Below, one piece after another: positions 1-11,049 of a stretch of DNA of 64,000 bases. The position numbers and the translations under genes were made by a program. Positions within the stretch are counted from its first letter, which is position 1; every line of letters starts with the position of its first letter. The notes beneath the pieces are model-generated. The model saw only the letters and a program-made list of their open reading frames with translations, had not been told where the DNA came from and made no database searches. This stretch comes from Octopus bimaculoides (lineage: Eukaryota): contig NC_068981.1 in NCBI RefSeq assembly GCF_001194135.2, forward strand, positions 38,483,871 through 38,547,870, read 5' to 3'.

Positions 1-56
1 ATATAAGAAATGTTTATATTGATTAAGAAATTTTTATAGTTTCACTCCACTACAAG

Positions 57-166
57 GGCGGCAAGCTGGTAGAACCATTAGCATGCTGAAGAAAATGCTT
101 AGTGGTATTTTTCTAGCATTACGCCCTGACTTCGAATTCCCCCATGTCGACTTTGCCTTTCAAAAT
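57..166 (+). mobile_element. tRNA-derived SINE family A, 5' fragment
   Basis: ggcggcaagctggtagaaccattagcatg...aaatgcttagtgg...ttcgaattcc...gactttgccttt head recurs at 10.8, 12.6, 15.9, 50.5 and 53.3 kb. Confidence 0.75.
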
Positions 167-1271
167 ATATAAAATGGTACCAGCTGAGTTATGGGTTCCA
201 TGTAATAAGCTGATTCCCTTCACCAAAATTTCTGGCCTTATGCCTGTAGTAGAAAATGTTGAGTTCAACATATATCTACGGATGCAATACTGGGACATCT
301 TGTCAGTTATGTATACAGGGGTCACTTGTGGCTTCGAGGCTTAAAGCATACACTCTCATTCAGGCACAGTAGAGTAACAAAGTAGGGTGGGGAGAGATGA
401 GCAGTCTGCCCCGCATGGTGCTTTTATGGAAGCAGCACTTTTGGGTCTGCTGTACAGCCTGTATTGCTAGACTTGTGTGCAAAGCAGCATTCTACTGACT
501 CTACTGGTCATTTCTTTTCAGTCAGAACCATCTAAAAGCTTTCTCAGATAAAAGTAAAGTGTATGGAGTATCAACAGTTGGCATATTGTCCAAGGTTTTT
601 TTAGCTCGACAGGATGATATTATTGAATTCATCTCCATTGTATGCTCTATCTGGGTCAAGTACATAGCTGTAAAAATTTTTCTCGGCTAATCACATTGAT
701 AACCTCAGTTAATTGAAGCCTTTCTAATCCCGAAAATAGTCACTGAAAATATCATATTAAAAGTGCTGAATAAACACATAATACTATGTATGCTGCTTCC
801 AATCTCTACATGACCAGGTATTGACAATAAATGACTGACTTAAGTTTTTATTGCACTGTCTTATTTTGCTAAAGAAATTGAATAAAAGTTGTAATCATAC
901 AGAAATTGTGTGGAGGACATGCACGGTCAGTTAATGACTGATTGAAATGACGTTTTTATTTCTTTAATTGTTTATAGTATTAAAATAAAATGTGAGTATT
1001 ATCCACCAACTTTTTACACAAGCTAAAATTGTGTCTATTTTTCAGACACCAGTTTTATAAATCCCTATATTACATACATATAACCCTGCTGTCTGCGTAT
1101 TTCATGTGGAAAAAACCTCTCCCAATGCTATATTTATTAAACTGGTAAAGACCAGTGCACCATACCCACAACATATTAGTGAAACCTCTTAACACTCCTT
1201 TCGCTTAATGAGAAGAGACTTTATAGTGTTAGACAGATTAAAATGTTTAAAATCATTTTATCAAATACAAG

Positions 1272-1610
1272 CACAGGCATGGCTATGTGGTTAAGAAGAT
1301 TGCTTTGCAACCCCGTGTCTTCTATAGCTCCGAGCTAACCAATACATTGAGAGAGAATTTGGTAGACACAGATTGTATGGAATCCTGTTGTATGTAAATG
1401 TGAGTATGTGTTTGCATTCGTCTCCTCCACTATCGCTTGATAACCACTGTTAGTTTGTTTACATCCCCGTATCTTAGCAGTTCGGCAAAAAGACCAATAG
1501 AATAAATACGAGATTTTAAAAAGAATATTAAGTACTACGGTTGATTTGTTCAACTAAACTCTTCAAGGAGGAATCCTATCATGGCCGTAAACCAATGACT
1601 GAGACAGAAA
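1272..1610 (+). mobile_element. SINE family B copy
   Basis: ggcatggctatgtggttaagaag head and ttagcagttcggcaaaaagaccaatagaataa body shared with copies at 55.5, 57.8 and 61.8 kb. Confidence 0.8.
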
Positions 1611-2029
1611 TAAGTACAATAAAACGAGAGCAATTTGTTCACCTCATTCGTAATCTTTCGGTATTAGCAGGCATCATTCACCCTCTTTTTCAGCTTGCCC
1701 TTTTTATCCTATATCATGAGGGAATGCTGTGCAGATGAATGATGACATTTACTAATACCGAAAGAGTGTTACCCCATTTTCAGTTCTTACAGCCAATCCC
1801 ATGAGAAATATTGTTATCAAACTTGAAATAATGAAAGTCATATCTGAATATCAGATATTAATAAAATGATATTACAAATCAATACGTTAAAATCACATTG
1901 AAGACGTTCACTATCATTAAATTATTGAAAAATGCAGTTATATATTTTGACCTTATATATTGCAAATTTTATGGTATATGAAAAGACTTTCTTTTTCTTT
2001 ACTTGGAGTACTCTGTCATGTTTCTCCAG

Positions 2030-2110
2030 GAGTTATACAAAACGTTAAGTCGTCCTGAGCCGATTAAAGGATTCCATCAGAAAGATTCAATTTTAGCCAC
2101 TCAAGAATAA
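2030..2110 (+). CDS. candidate terminal coding exon (ELYKTLSRPEPIKGFHQKDSILATQE*)
   Basis: Pyrimidine-rich acceptor tttctccag, then 26 open codons and TAA; no homology recognised. Confidence 0.25.
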   Translation, partial: ELYKTLSRPEPIKGFHQKDSILATQE

Positions 2111-2974
2111 TGCAACAAATATGGTGCAAAATATAAAGTATTTGTATTATCCGTGCTTATGTTTTCGTTTAATAGTAATGAGCAGTGATTATATGTTACT
2201 TTTAAGCATACCCACACAAAAGTGCCTCCAGCACGACTTGTTTCTTCCTTACAGGATATTCTTGAATGAAATTGGGTCTTTTCTATTGCTGTCACAGATT
2301 TTGAAATTTTAAAATTAAGTGAAAATTCTCAAATTCGAGATTCGGAGTGTACGGAAAAAACTGATATGTGTCAGTATATATGTGTGAGCAACCAACAATT
2401 TGTTACACATTAATTTCCGAAATAATCGTAATATGTTTCACCCGAAAGTCATTTGTAGAAAATTTCATTAAAAATACCCATTTTTCCAAAAGTTATGAAG
2501 AAACAAAGTCGGTGGAGCACACTTGTGTAGATATGCCTGCATTTATACTGTAATACTTCGACCGTGCGAACCAAAGGAGATGGCGACGTAGACGGTAAAG
2601 GCTCCTTTTTACCATGTCGCACGGTCGAAAACAAAACAAGATATATAAGATAGAAGGCTCATCGTGAGATACGAACCATGGTGCCAGTAAAAGAACTTAG
2701 AACAAACTCAACCATTAGATATATAATGAGAATAAATTTATTAACATAGTGAAACTGTTTGTGTCTGTGTGCGCGTGCATGCGACATATATAATTAACAC
2801 ACTAGATAAGTCAGGCCTAACAATGTGAAGTGACGGACAGTCGTATAAACAATAGTGTGTATACAATATGTGAGAGTACAAGTGTGCGTGTGAATGAGAG
2901 GAAACACAGAACATAGAAAGAGTGTCTGTAACATAGACTACAAGTCTCAAACACTGAGATAGAGAAATACCAGT

Positions 2975-2984
2975 NNNNNNNNNN
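2975..2984. other. assembly gap flanked by a 40-bp duplicated overlap
   Basis: 10 N with tagactacaagtctcaaacactgagatagagaaataccagt on both sides. Confidence 0.9.
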
Positions 2985-3279
2985 TAGACTACAAGTCTCA
3001 AACACTGAGATAGAGAAATACCAGTTCGTATGAGTTACACAAGGAGATAGAATGTTCATACGCAGGAAGTTGTGGCCAAGTAGCAGAGCTGTGGATTCCC
3101 AATATGTCTGTTGAGCGTCGAATGCTGTGACCGTTTACCTGATACGGAATATTCTCGCTAGTTAGCTCTGATTGTTGCTCGTGAGTGGAAACAATCCACT
3201 CAAACAGGGTCGATATAAAACCGACTGTGGTGATTTGCTGGCTCACGACATTGTGGTAGACAGTACATAGGTGGTGAAG

Positions 3280-3400
3280 ACGTCGGAAACCCAGTAAAAC
3301 TCTCTATCACGTGACTTTATCTGAAACCACGATTGGACGTAATCCACCCCTAGCAAGCAGAACATGTGGACAATTGCCGCGCAAATAAGAACCAATCAGG
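3280..3400. promoter_or_regulatory. CpG-rich promoter-like cluster (E-box plus two CCAAT boxes)
   Basis: TCACGTGAC 3307-3315, GATTGG 3331-3336, CCAAT 3392-3396; minus-strand donor CAG|GTAAAC at 3139. Confidence 0.45.
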
Positions 3401-3607
3401 ATAGTGGACAGAAGGGACCAAGGCAGCCGAAGGCTAGATGTTAGCAGCTTCGTTATCATTTATGATTGAATGCCCGAGAAAGAGGTTTCACTACAATATC
3501 ATCAATACTTCTGCGGTATCCATCTGATACTTATGACACCCAGTTTTGAACTTCATTTTTTTTTTACCACTTAACAAAAAATATACTTTAAATTGTGTTA
3601 AAATATG

Positions 3608-3737
3608 GGTAATTTTTCAGATTAACACCCGAACAATCTTCACTAGGGTGTTAGGGTTTCGGTTAGGGACGGAATTCCCTAATCCAAACCCTAACCCCCT
3701 AGTGAAGATCGTTCGGGTGTTAATCTGAAAAATTACC
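3608..3737. mobile_element. Merlin-like palindromic MITE with degenerate TTAGGG repeats
   Basis: Arms ggtaatttttcagattaacacccgaac... / ...gttcgggtgttaatctgaaaaattacc; near-perfect 8-bp TSD aaaatatg/aaaatatc; GGTAA terminus fits Merlin GGNRM. Confidence 0.75.
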
Positions 3738-5197
3738 AAAATATCTAACTACATTTATGTCATCTTATTAAATATAGTGTAATAAAGATTTTATGTTTAT
3801 TCTTTGAGACAGGCTGATTGAGAAAAGTTACGGACAGATTCAATTATGGCAGAGGTTACGTTTGTGGATTAATAAAATTGTTTTAGTAGCAACATTAATA
3901 ATTTCTTTCATGTGTGGAGCAACCATAGGGGCAAATAATGTTATGCTTAGTAAATGAAATCTACGTATATTTTCATAGGTAACTTCAAATCTATAAACAA
4001 AAGTAATTTTCTTAAAATTTATTCAAATAGACATTACAGAAATTATCAAACTATCAAAATAGAATTTACATATTAAAATTTGCAGGATATTTTTTGTTTT
4101 CTTATACCTAGAGTAAAATTCTGTTCCAAGCCATAACTACAAATAAACTTGACAAAGCAAAATTAAACGTATACGCACACACACTGTATTTGAAATCTTA
4201 TCTTAAATGAAATAGCTCGTACATACGCTATTGTGCACTCACTTTAAAATGATTTCAAACGTACATAGTTATATAATTGAATATACATTTGAACACATTA
4301 CAAAAGATACAAGCAGTGACTGACAGCTCTCGAATATAACAGACATGCTAAATCGTATTCAAAACTTATCAAAAATTGTTGCTCTTGAAAGAAAAGCACT
4401 CTAACAAAATAAAGATGTGTCAAGCATAGTGCAACTGTTTTCCTTTGATGTTAGTATGATAGAACAAGAATAAAAAACAAAATAAAACGCTTTAGCTACT
4501 TTTGTAGAAAGAAATATGTTTCTTTTTACCATGTTTCAGGTTAATGTAAATGTGATATTATATACCATTTGCAGCCATTGTTTCATTATGTAAATGTGAA
4601 AGAGTTAAAGATAACTTCTAGAATGCTGCAAAACTCGATTTTTTTCTTTTCTTTTCATTCTATCTTAAAGAGTATTTGCAACTATCATGAGACTTCTCAG
4701 TATCCATATTTAAGTGTATTTCTTCCAGTGAATGCACTTGTAGGACAGACGTTATCAAACGATTTTGAACAATTCTGACTGGATTTAGGTGCATATGTAT
4801 TTTCAAGCAGACAGACACCTCTATAGACCCCTCACACCTGACCCAACAGAAGACATCGAGGACGTAACTGTGTAACAGGATGAAAGATTCCCGCACTGGA
4901 TGGGTAATGCTCGCATCCTTCACATTAAATATTAATTGAAGAAAGAGTCAAGATTTTTCGTTAACTTCGACAGTATAAATATTTATCCTTTGATTCGCAA
5001 TATAAAACATTTTCATACTCTCGGTGAATCGGCAACCTAGGAGCTTATCGGCAGTAGTCTCGTGGAGTGAGTCAATCCTTCCCGTTCATGCATAGCGGGG
5101 ATGTGCCACGAGGTAGCTGCTCGAGACACGTCTGTATCGTTCAGCTACTAGCGTAAAAAAAAAGAGATACAAGAGAATTTCGCTGTTGCTAGTTTTC

Positions 5198-5280
5198 TGC
5201 GCATGCGCATGAGGGAACTTCCGGCAGGCCTTCCGGAAGATTCTAACCCTTCGCATGCGTGCTGGAGATTTCCAAGATGA
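5198..5280. promoter_or_regulatory. housekeeping-type promoter (NRF1, ETS, YY1-like motifs)
   Basis: TGCGCATGCGCA 5198-5209, ACTTCCGG 5217-5224, CTTCCGGAAG 5230-5239, CGCATGCG 5252-5259, CAAGATGA 5273-5280, in a CpG-rich patch. Confidence 0.7.
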
Positions 5281-5325
5281 CATCACTACAACTGTTTGAG
5301 GTTGAGGGGTCTCCACCAGCAGCAG
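5277..5325 (+). CDS. candidate first coding exon (MTSLQLFEVEGSPPAA)
   Basis: ATG just downstream of the promoter motifs; donor GCAG|GTACTA, phase 1. Confidence 0.3.
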
Positions 5326-5344
5326 GTACTAATTTATAACTCGA

Positions 5345-5430
5345 TAGATCAGAGCAATAAGAAATGAAATGCCCGGCCCGACTCACGAATTAGCCATAAG
5401 GTGAATTACCCTAACCACTAGGCTACCTAC
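5345..5430 (-). mobile_element. tRNA-like SINE head fragment
   Basis: Minus strand gtagcctagtggttaggg (A-box-like) followed by a degenerate B-box. Confidence 0.5.
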
Positions 5431-5792
5431 TTTATATCATACTATGCTGATGAAGTGAAATAACCCAGAAATCGCTATGCTCAGATATTGTTTTGAGATT
5501 AGTGGGGGTGCTAAATGCCCTTGTTCGAAAATATAAGGACACAGATCATGTCGTATAGCCAACTGGAGATGATGTTTCCTGGGGCTAAATTACAGCAACA
5601 TTCGGCCTAAACCAGGACTGCAATGTTATGTTGGCAAATAATCTTTACTCTTGAGTACTGCTGCTGAATATCTCTCGTTGAGAGACTTACAAATAGTAAT
5701 TTTCTATCATACTGTGTATTCTGTGTATTTGTAATATTTTATATAGCAATGAATCTAGGAAAAAAGTCACAGAAAAAATAGCTACATCCCTC

Positions 5793-6039
5793 GGTACTAC
5801 TAAAGCAGCGCGGACCCGAACGCGCAGTCGTGCGTCCGCGCTAGCTAGTCTTGAGTGGTCGATCCTAACCCTAACCCTAACCCTAACCCTGTCCCTAACC
5901 CTAACCCTAACCCTATCCCTAACCCTAACCCTATCCCGCGTGTGCAAATGAATACGTGTTTAGGGTTAGGGTTAGGGTCAACCACTCACGACTAGCTAGC
6001 GCGACTGCGCGTTCGGGTCCGCGCTGCTTTAGTAGTACC
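5793..6039. mobile_element. Merlin-like MITE carrying inverted telomeric arrays
   Basis: About 75-bp inverted arms starting GGTACTAC, perfect 8-bp TSD CATCCCTC (5785-5792, 6040-6047), internal (CCCTAA)n and (TTAGGG)n. Confidence 0.85.
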
Positions 6040-7445
6040 CATCCCTCAATCTGGCGAGTCGTTTAATGGTTTTAGAGCAAAAAAAGTTACAATGAGAGCA
6101 ATTATTTAGCAGGAAGCTGTTGGTAACCCACCTGAAAGAAGAGTTCACCAACACTTTTTTGCAGCTATAAGTCTTAGGGGTTCTCCCGAACATTGTTGCT
6201 CGACGGGAGAACTCAAAGTTTATGATAGAGTTTCTTCGGTGTGTCGGCTAAAATATTCGTCTTAGTCATCCATATTGAAAATACTGAATATGCATGCAAT
6301 GCTATGATACTATGTAAGGTGTTTCCATTCTGTACATGTCATCTGTTGTCAATAAACGACTGACTTAAAGCTTTGGCTTCATTACCTTACTTTGCCAAAG
6401 AGATTGAATAAAAGGTTGGTTTTATTTTCCACATATATGTAATGCCATTACATATAAATTGTGTACAAGTCATACACTGTCAGCTAACAACTGATTTAAA
6501 ATATATTTTTCTGTATTTTATTACCCTAATTGTTTGTCACTGTAGTTTCAGGTGTATGCTGTTATTTATTTGGCGTGTTATGCGTACATGAAAAACACAA
6601 ACATAATTGTATATTTTTATTGTAAGATTTATTGAACATGTTTCTATGGAGTTCTAATGACTACTGGGAGTAGGAGATTAGAAACGAGCTTCAATGTAAC
6701 AAATATTTTAAGTAATGTTCAAGATGACGGAAAGAGTTGGTTCGTGATTACAAAGTATGTCTGTAGGAAATAAATGCATAATGTGTATGAAATCATCTAC
6801 AAGTGAGTCTGTAGAAAATAAATGCAAAAGTAGCATAAACACGACTTTTTTGCAAGATTATGAAGCATGCTAACATGATAACAAATGAAGTCTGCAGTAT
6901 TGCAATTATTTTTTTAACGGAACAATGAAATGTAAAGCCACAAGATTAATTATGCAAAGAGTAAAGAACAGGAACATGCAAAGAAAGAGTTCTTGAGTAT
7001 ATTTTGTGAAGTCATGTGCGCGAAAAGGTGTTAGGCTGCATTTCGTTGTTTGAGTCACCGGCCACAAGTTGGGTCGCAAAGTTCAACTGTGTGGTTTCCA
7101 TATTAGCTGCCATTTCATAACAGTTTGAAAGTGGTAGTAGTTGAGCAGAGAATTATAGGTCGTTGGTATTCTGTTGTAGGAAAATAACATTGCAGTTTTC
7201 CTGCTGTTAGTTGTATAACACCAGCATAGCTAATTAGACTGTAATGTTTAACAATGAACTGGTAGCTAAAGTGAACTGTAGACCACACTGACTGTTATAT
7301 GTTTCTTGTGTTAACCATCTTGAAATTGTCTTTTCTCTCTTGGAGCAGAATGCTTTTCCCAATTCAAATGACAGTAACAGCTAAATGCGAATATCCTATC
7401 GATTCTTGTCAAATGTTTGTGGGAAAAAATGGCTGTTATTTTTAG

Positions 7446-7494
7446 CAACAGTAAAAATCAGGAAAGCACATCAAAACATAGTGATAGAAACATG
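7446..7494 (+). CDS. candidate exon 2 (ATVKIRKAHQNIVIET)
   Basis: ttatttttag acceptor and ATG|GTGAGT donor; frame open and phase-compatible with 5277-5325; no downstream partner found. Confidence 0.3.
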
Positions 7495-7499
7495 GTGAG

Positions 7500-9110
7500 T
7501 AATAAACAGACGATGAAGCATGTTGAAATCCACTGGTCACCATGGCTGCTGTGGAAAAGGATGTTGGAATGGTAGCAAAACTGGGATGTGAAGCTCCCAC
7601 AGGTAAGTAGGTTGAAATAAAAAATGTTGGCAGGTGGAGAAAAATAATCTGCTGACATCAATGGGGAGGAAAATTGTGTAATCCAAAATGGCAATGGACG
7701 AGCGTTTGTCAAATCAAAATGGTGCAAAAGGAGACGCTGCTGTGTGAAGATGACAAATGAGGATCCCAAAAGGTGTTGGTAGTGAGAGCGGCCAAGACAG
7801 GTGTCGAATTAAATGTAGATGTGAAACTGAAGAACCATAGAGAAAACATTGCCTCAAGACAAATGTCATGGTGAGAGAAAAGGGCAGCAAACTGCCGAAT
7901 CCGAGGTAGAAATTTTAATGCATTGTGATCTCTGACAAATGGAGCTGAAGAAGAATTACTAAGGATGGGGGATGAAAAGATGCTGTGCAGTTGAAAAAAA
8001 ATCCAAGTTAGCCCATTCTCCGGCCATGAGAAATAGGAATATGACTTTTCATGCAGAGGCAAAATTTCACCACCATGGCAGTTGTAACCAAAACTAGCCA
8101 AATTGAAAAATGGCAGGCAAACAGCATATAAAACTGCAGAAATTGGCACGGCGGTGGATCAAAGTGAAGAAATGCTGCACAAAAGAAAGCATAAAAAACA
8201 GTTGCGTTCTTAGCTGAGAAATATTGACGAACTGATGACTGCTATTTCTAGTAAGTTGACGATGCTGTACAGGCATGAAAGATCGGCAGTAGTGGGAAGG
8301 ATATCAGAGATGTTGGAAACAATGGATGGAACTGGGGATTATGCCATACTGTATTAGTTACCAGGAATGAATTGCACAGAAAGAAAAATTGGCAGATTAG
8401 CAAATCTCAGTAGCAGATTTAACTGCCATTTCTAGCAAAAGCCAAATGAAAACGATGCTATTCAAACGCAGGCGGAGTAGTAAGAAGTGGTATTTCGTAT
8501 GAACAAGGTTGGAAGATGAAAAGTGTTGGAACAGTTTTGAGAAGGAGCTTTCCAATCGAAAAAATTTCTTACAGCATGTACGATGATGACTAATTCATGG
8601 AGGTAACCAGGTTTGCTGCTAAAAAATATAAAAGCTTCCCATAGGCATAACTGACATAGCTGCATTACTTCAGAGTCAAGATGGTGTTACTGGGTGAATA
8701 TTGCTGCAAAAAGTTCTGAGTTAGGTCATCAGTTTTAGTGAAGTGAAAAAAGAAAATTTGGCTAAGGTACTGGTAATATAATCTTCTGGTTTCAAACAAG
8801 TCATAATAAAGAACATCAAGGAATGCAAAGACACAAGTTAAAATTCACTGCTAATAGAAGATATAGCAAACTGATTCATCATGAATAATTCTGTTAATAA
8901 AAATACATCGGTTCCTCATGCAGATTGAAGATGATGATGTGTACGAGAAAAACACAGAGCATGGTGACAAAAATCTTTCCTGACAATTCTCTCATCTCTG
9001 AGATTGCATAGCGGAATAAAACTTGCTCTATGCTGAAGATCCGAACTCCATTGTGACAATTCACCTCCCTGAAGAAAATAGCAGGAAGAGGCATCCTTAA
9101 ATGGCTATGG
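7500..9110 (+). mobile_element. highly degenerate element, possibly Penelope-like
   Basis: Purine-rich broken frames; KYIGSSCRLK at 8901-8930 resembles the YIG half of a GIY-YIG nuclease. Confidence 0.25.
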
Positions 9111-10318
9111 GTAGGCTAAAAAAAGACCAGTTTTCTGGTAAGCAAGTAGTCAGATTGGATGACTTTAAGCAGAAAATAATGGTGATGAGCCAAAATGTGG
9201 GTACTTAAAGGTAAACTGTGAATATGCTTGTTATAATGTTATAAATATGGTGGGCTACTGATTTGGGATGTTCACTTTATGATCATAGGGTCGATTCCTG
9301 AACCTGGTGCCACATCGTGTACTTAGGTACAGTATTCCATTTCATGATGCTCTGGTTTATCAGTCGATTGCTGATGCAGACTCTTCTCCCGCCAACTGTC
9401 CCATCTTCCATGTTTTGCTGGGTTAAGAGGTGGGAGTGGGGTCCTTGGAAGTGTTTGCTTTTGCTTGCAACTACATAGGCATCTAAAACATTTAGCAAAA
9501 GCATAGTATATCTCAACAAGTCACACTCGCTCATGTGCAACAGCTGAATGTATAGTGTTTTAACTATGAATAATTAGCTTAAAAGCCACACTCTGTGCAG
9601 ACTTTTAAGCTAGCTCCTGCAGAGGGTTAATTGTGCCTGTGACTCGAAACTAAAGAGTGTTAAACAGCATGACTATAAGCCTTGTGGGTGTTTGATCAGA
9701 GGTTAAGGATGGATGAAAATTAATTTTGTAATCCAATCATTATATTGTTCCAGTCCCAAGTTGAATTTCAACTGTTGGTCAAATTATCCCAGAGCTCTTA
9801 TCTCGACGTAAAATTAATGAAGCGAATGTCGTTTATCTCCCCCTTGATCTCTGATGTCATCTGACAAATGTGAACCAAGATGGCGTGCATCAGCCAAGCT
9901 TTACCTGCTAGAAATAGCAACCCAAATACTTTTAAATCAGATCCCAATGCTGGAGGTTCAAGAACCAAATCAAGGGCAGATTTTTAATCCTGGAATCATC
10001 CTGATTCCAAGAAGGTATGATATGTCTATGTAGAGCAAATGTAGACTGATATACAGGGGTCCCTGATGGACAGACAGAAAATCACTTTTATTATTATTGA
10101 AGTATAATGGAAACCTAATCTTAGGAAGCCACACTAATTAGTAATTATTAGTTCGTTGAATTCTGCATTGAGGAAATATGATATAGGCTATCTAAAATCA
10201 TTGCACAAACAATTTATGAACAGCATAGAACTTAATAACTTAAGGAAAAAAAAACTACTTATTCTTTAAGCAGAGTTTTATTTTGTAATATCTAGACAAG
10301 CACAATCAGAATCAACAA

Positions 10319-10445
10319 TCAAGTAGATGTTGAACAAAGAAGACGCCAGTGTCCTATGTCGCTTGTGGTCAGTTCATAGATTGTTATAATTATCGGACAG
10401 ACTTCAAAGATTTTGTTTGATTCATCAGCATTAATTCGAAGAAAT
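10319..10445 (-). CDS. candidate terminal exon of minus-strand gene (FLRINADESNKIFEVCPIIITIYELTTSDIGHWRLLCSTST*)
   Basis: ttatttatag acceptor, 41 open codons to TGA, AATAAA at 10277-10282 (minus), phase 2 matching exon 16178. Confidence 0.5.
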
Positions 10446-10820
10446 CTATAAATAATTAGCCTAGGCAAGTTCACATTTATGACATTACAAATGAAATTAT
10501 ATTATATTTTATGATGGTGTATATTTTATTAAATAAATCTTTTCATATTAATCTCACTTTGAAATGTTTGTACTGTCTTTCAAGTAGAAAAGTTTCATTT
10601 GAAATAATGGAAAAGTTTTCTGGTGTCACTAAGGCCAGAATGAGTAGACTTATGATTGAAAATATTCTAGTCATGACTATTCCGTTTTTTTCAGTATACA
10701 TGATCCGATATATCCCTCCATTTTAAGGATAGTTAGGTGTGATTTGAGAGAGAGAGAGAGAGGAGTCCTTATATCAAGTGATATAAGGACTCCTTCATTA
10801 TTAAAGGAGGTAAAGACAAT

Positions 10821-11030
10821 GATCTGGCAGAATCATTAGCATGCCAGACAAAATGCTTTATGGCATTTCGTTTGTCTTTACATTCTGAGTTCAAACACTA
10901 TCATGGCTGACTTTGCTTTTCATTCTTTCGGAATTAATGAAATAAGTACCAGTTGAACACTGAGGTCAATGTAATTGATTTGCTTCCTCACCCGAAATTT
11001 CAGGTCTTATACCCAAAGTAGAAAGGATTA
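10821..11030 (+). mobile_element. SINE family A
   Basis: Similar to 57-166 and 15919-16130. Confidence 0.8.
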
Positions 11031-11049
11031 CTAATGGAGGTAACTTTTG

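Noticed and set aside
522-690. 55-codon open frame after an acceptor-like site
   Set aside because: The antisense frame is equally open and no clear donor exists, so the strand cannot be decided
2480-2616. Minus-strand MVKRSLYRLRRHLLWFARSKYYS resembling a mitochondrial presequence
   Set aside because: No convincing donor and a stop after 40 codons; overlaps the hairpin
2935-3025. 40-bp direct repeat
   Set aside because: It flanks a 10-N gap, a typical unmerged contig overlap
4808-4902. Plus-strand exon-like segment (DRHLYRPLTPDPTEDIEDVTV*)
   Set aside because: Stops in all frames and no in-frame upstream ATG; at most non-coding
5687-5947. Arg/Val-rich ORF
   Set aside because: Translation of telomeric repeats in the MITE
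5860-5990. True telomere or chromosome fusion site
   Set aside because: Short arrays enclosed by TIRs and a TSD, so they are transposon cargo
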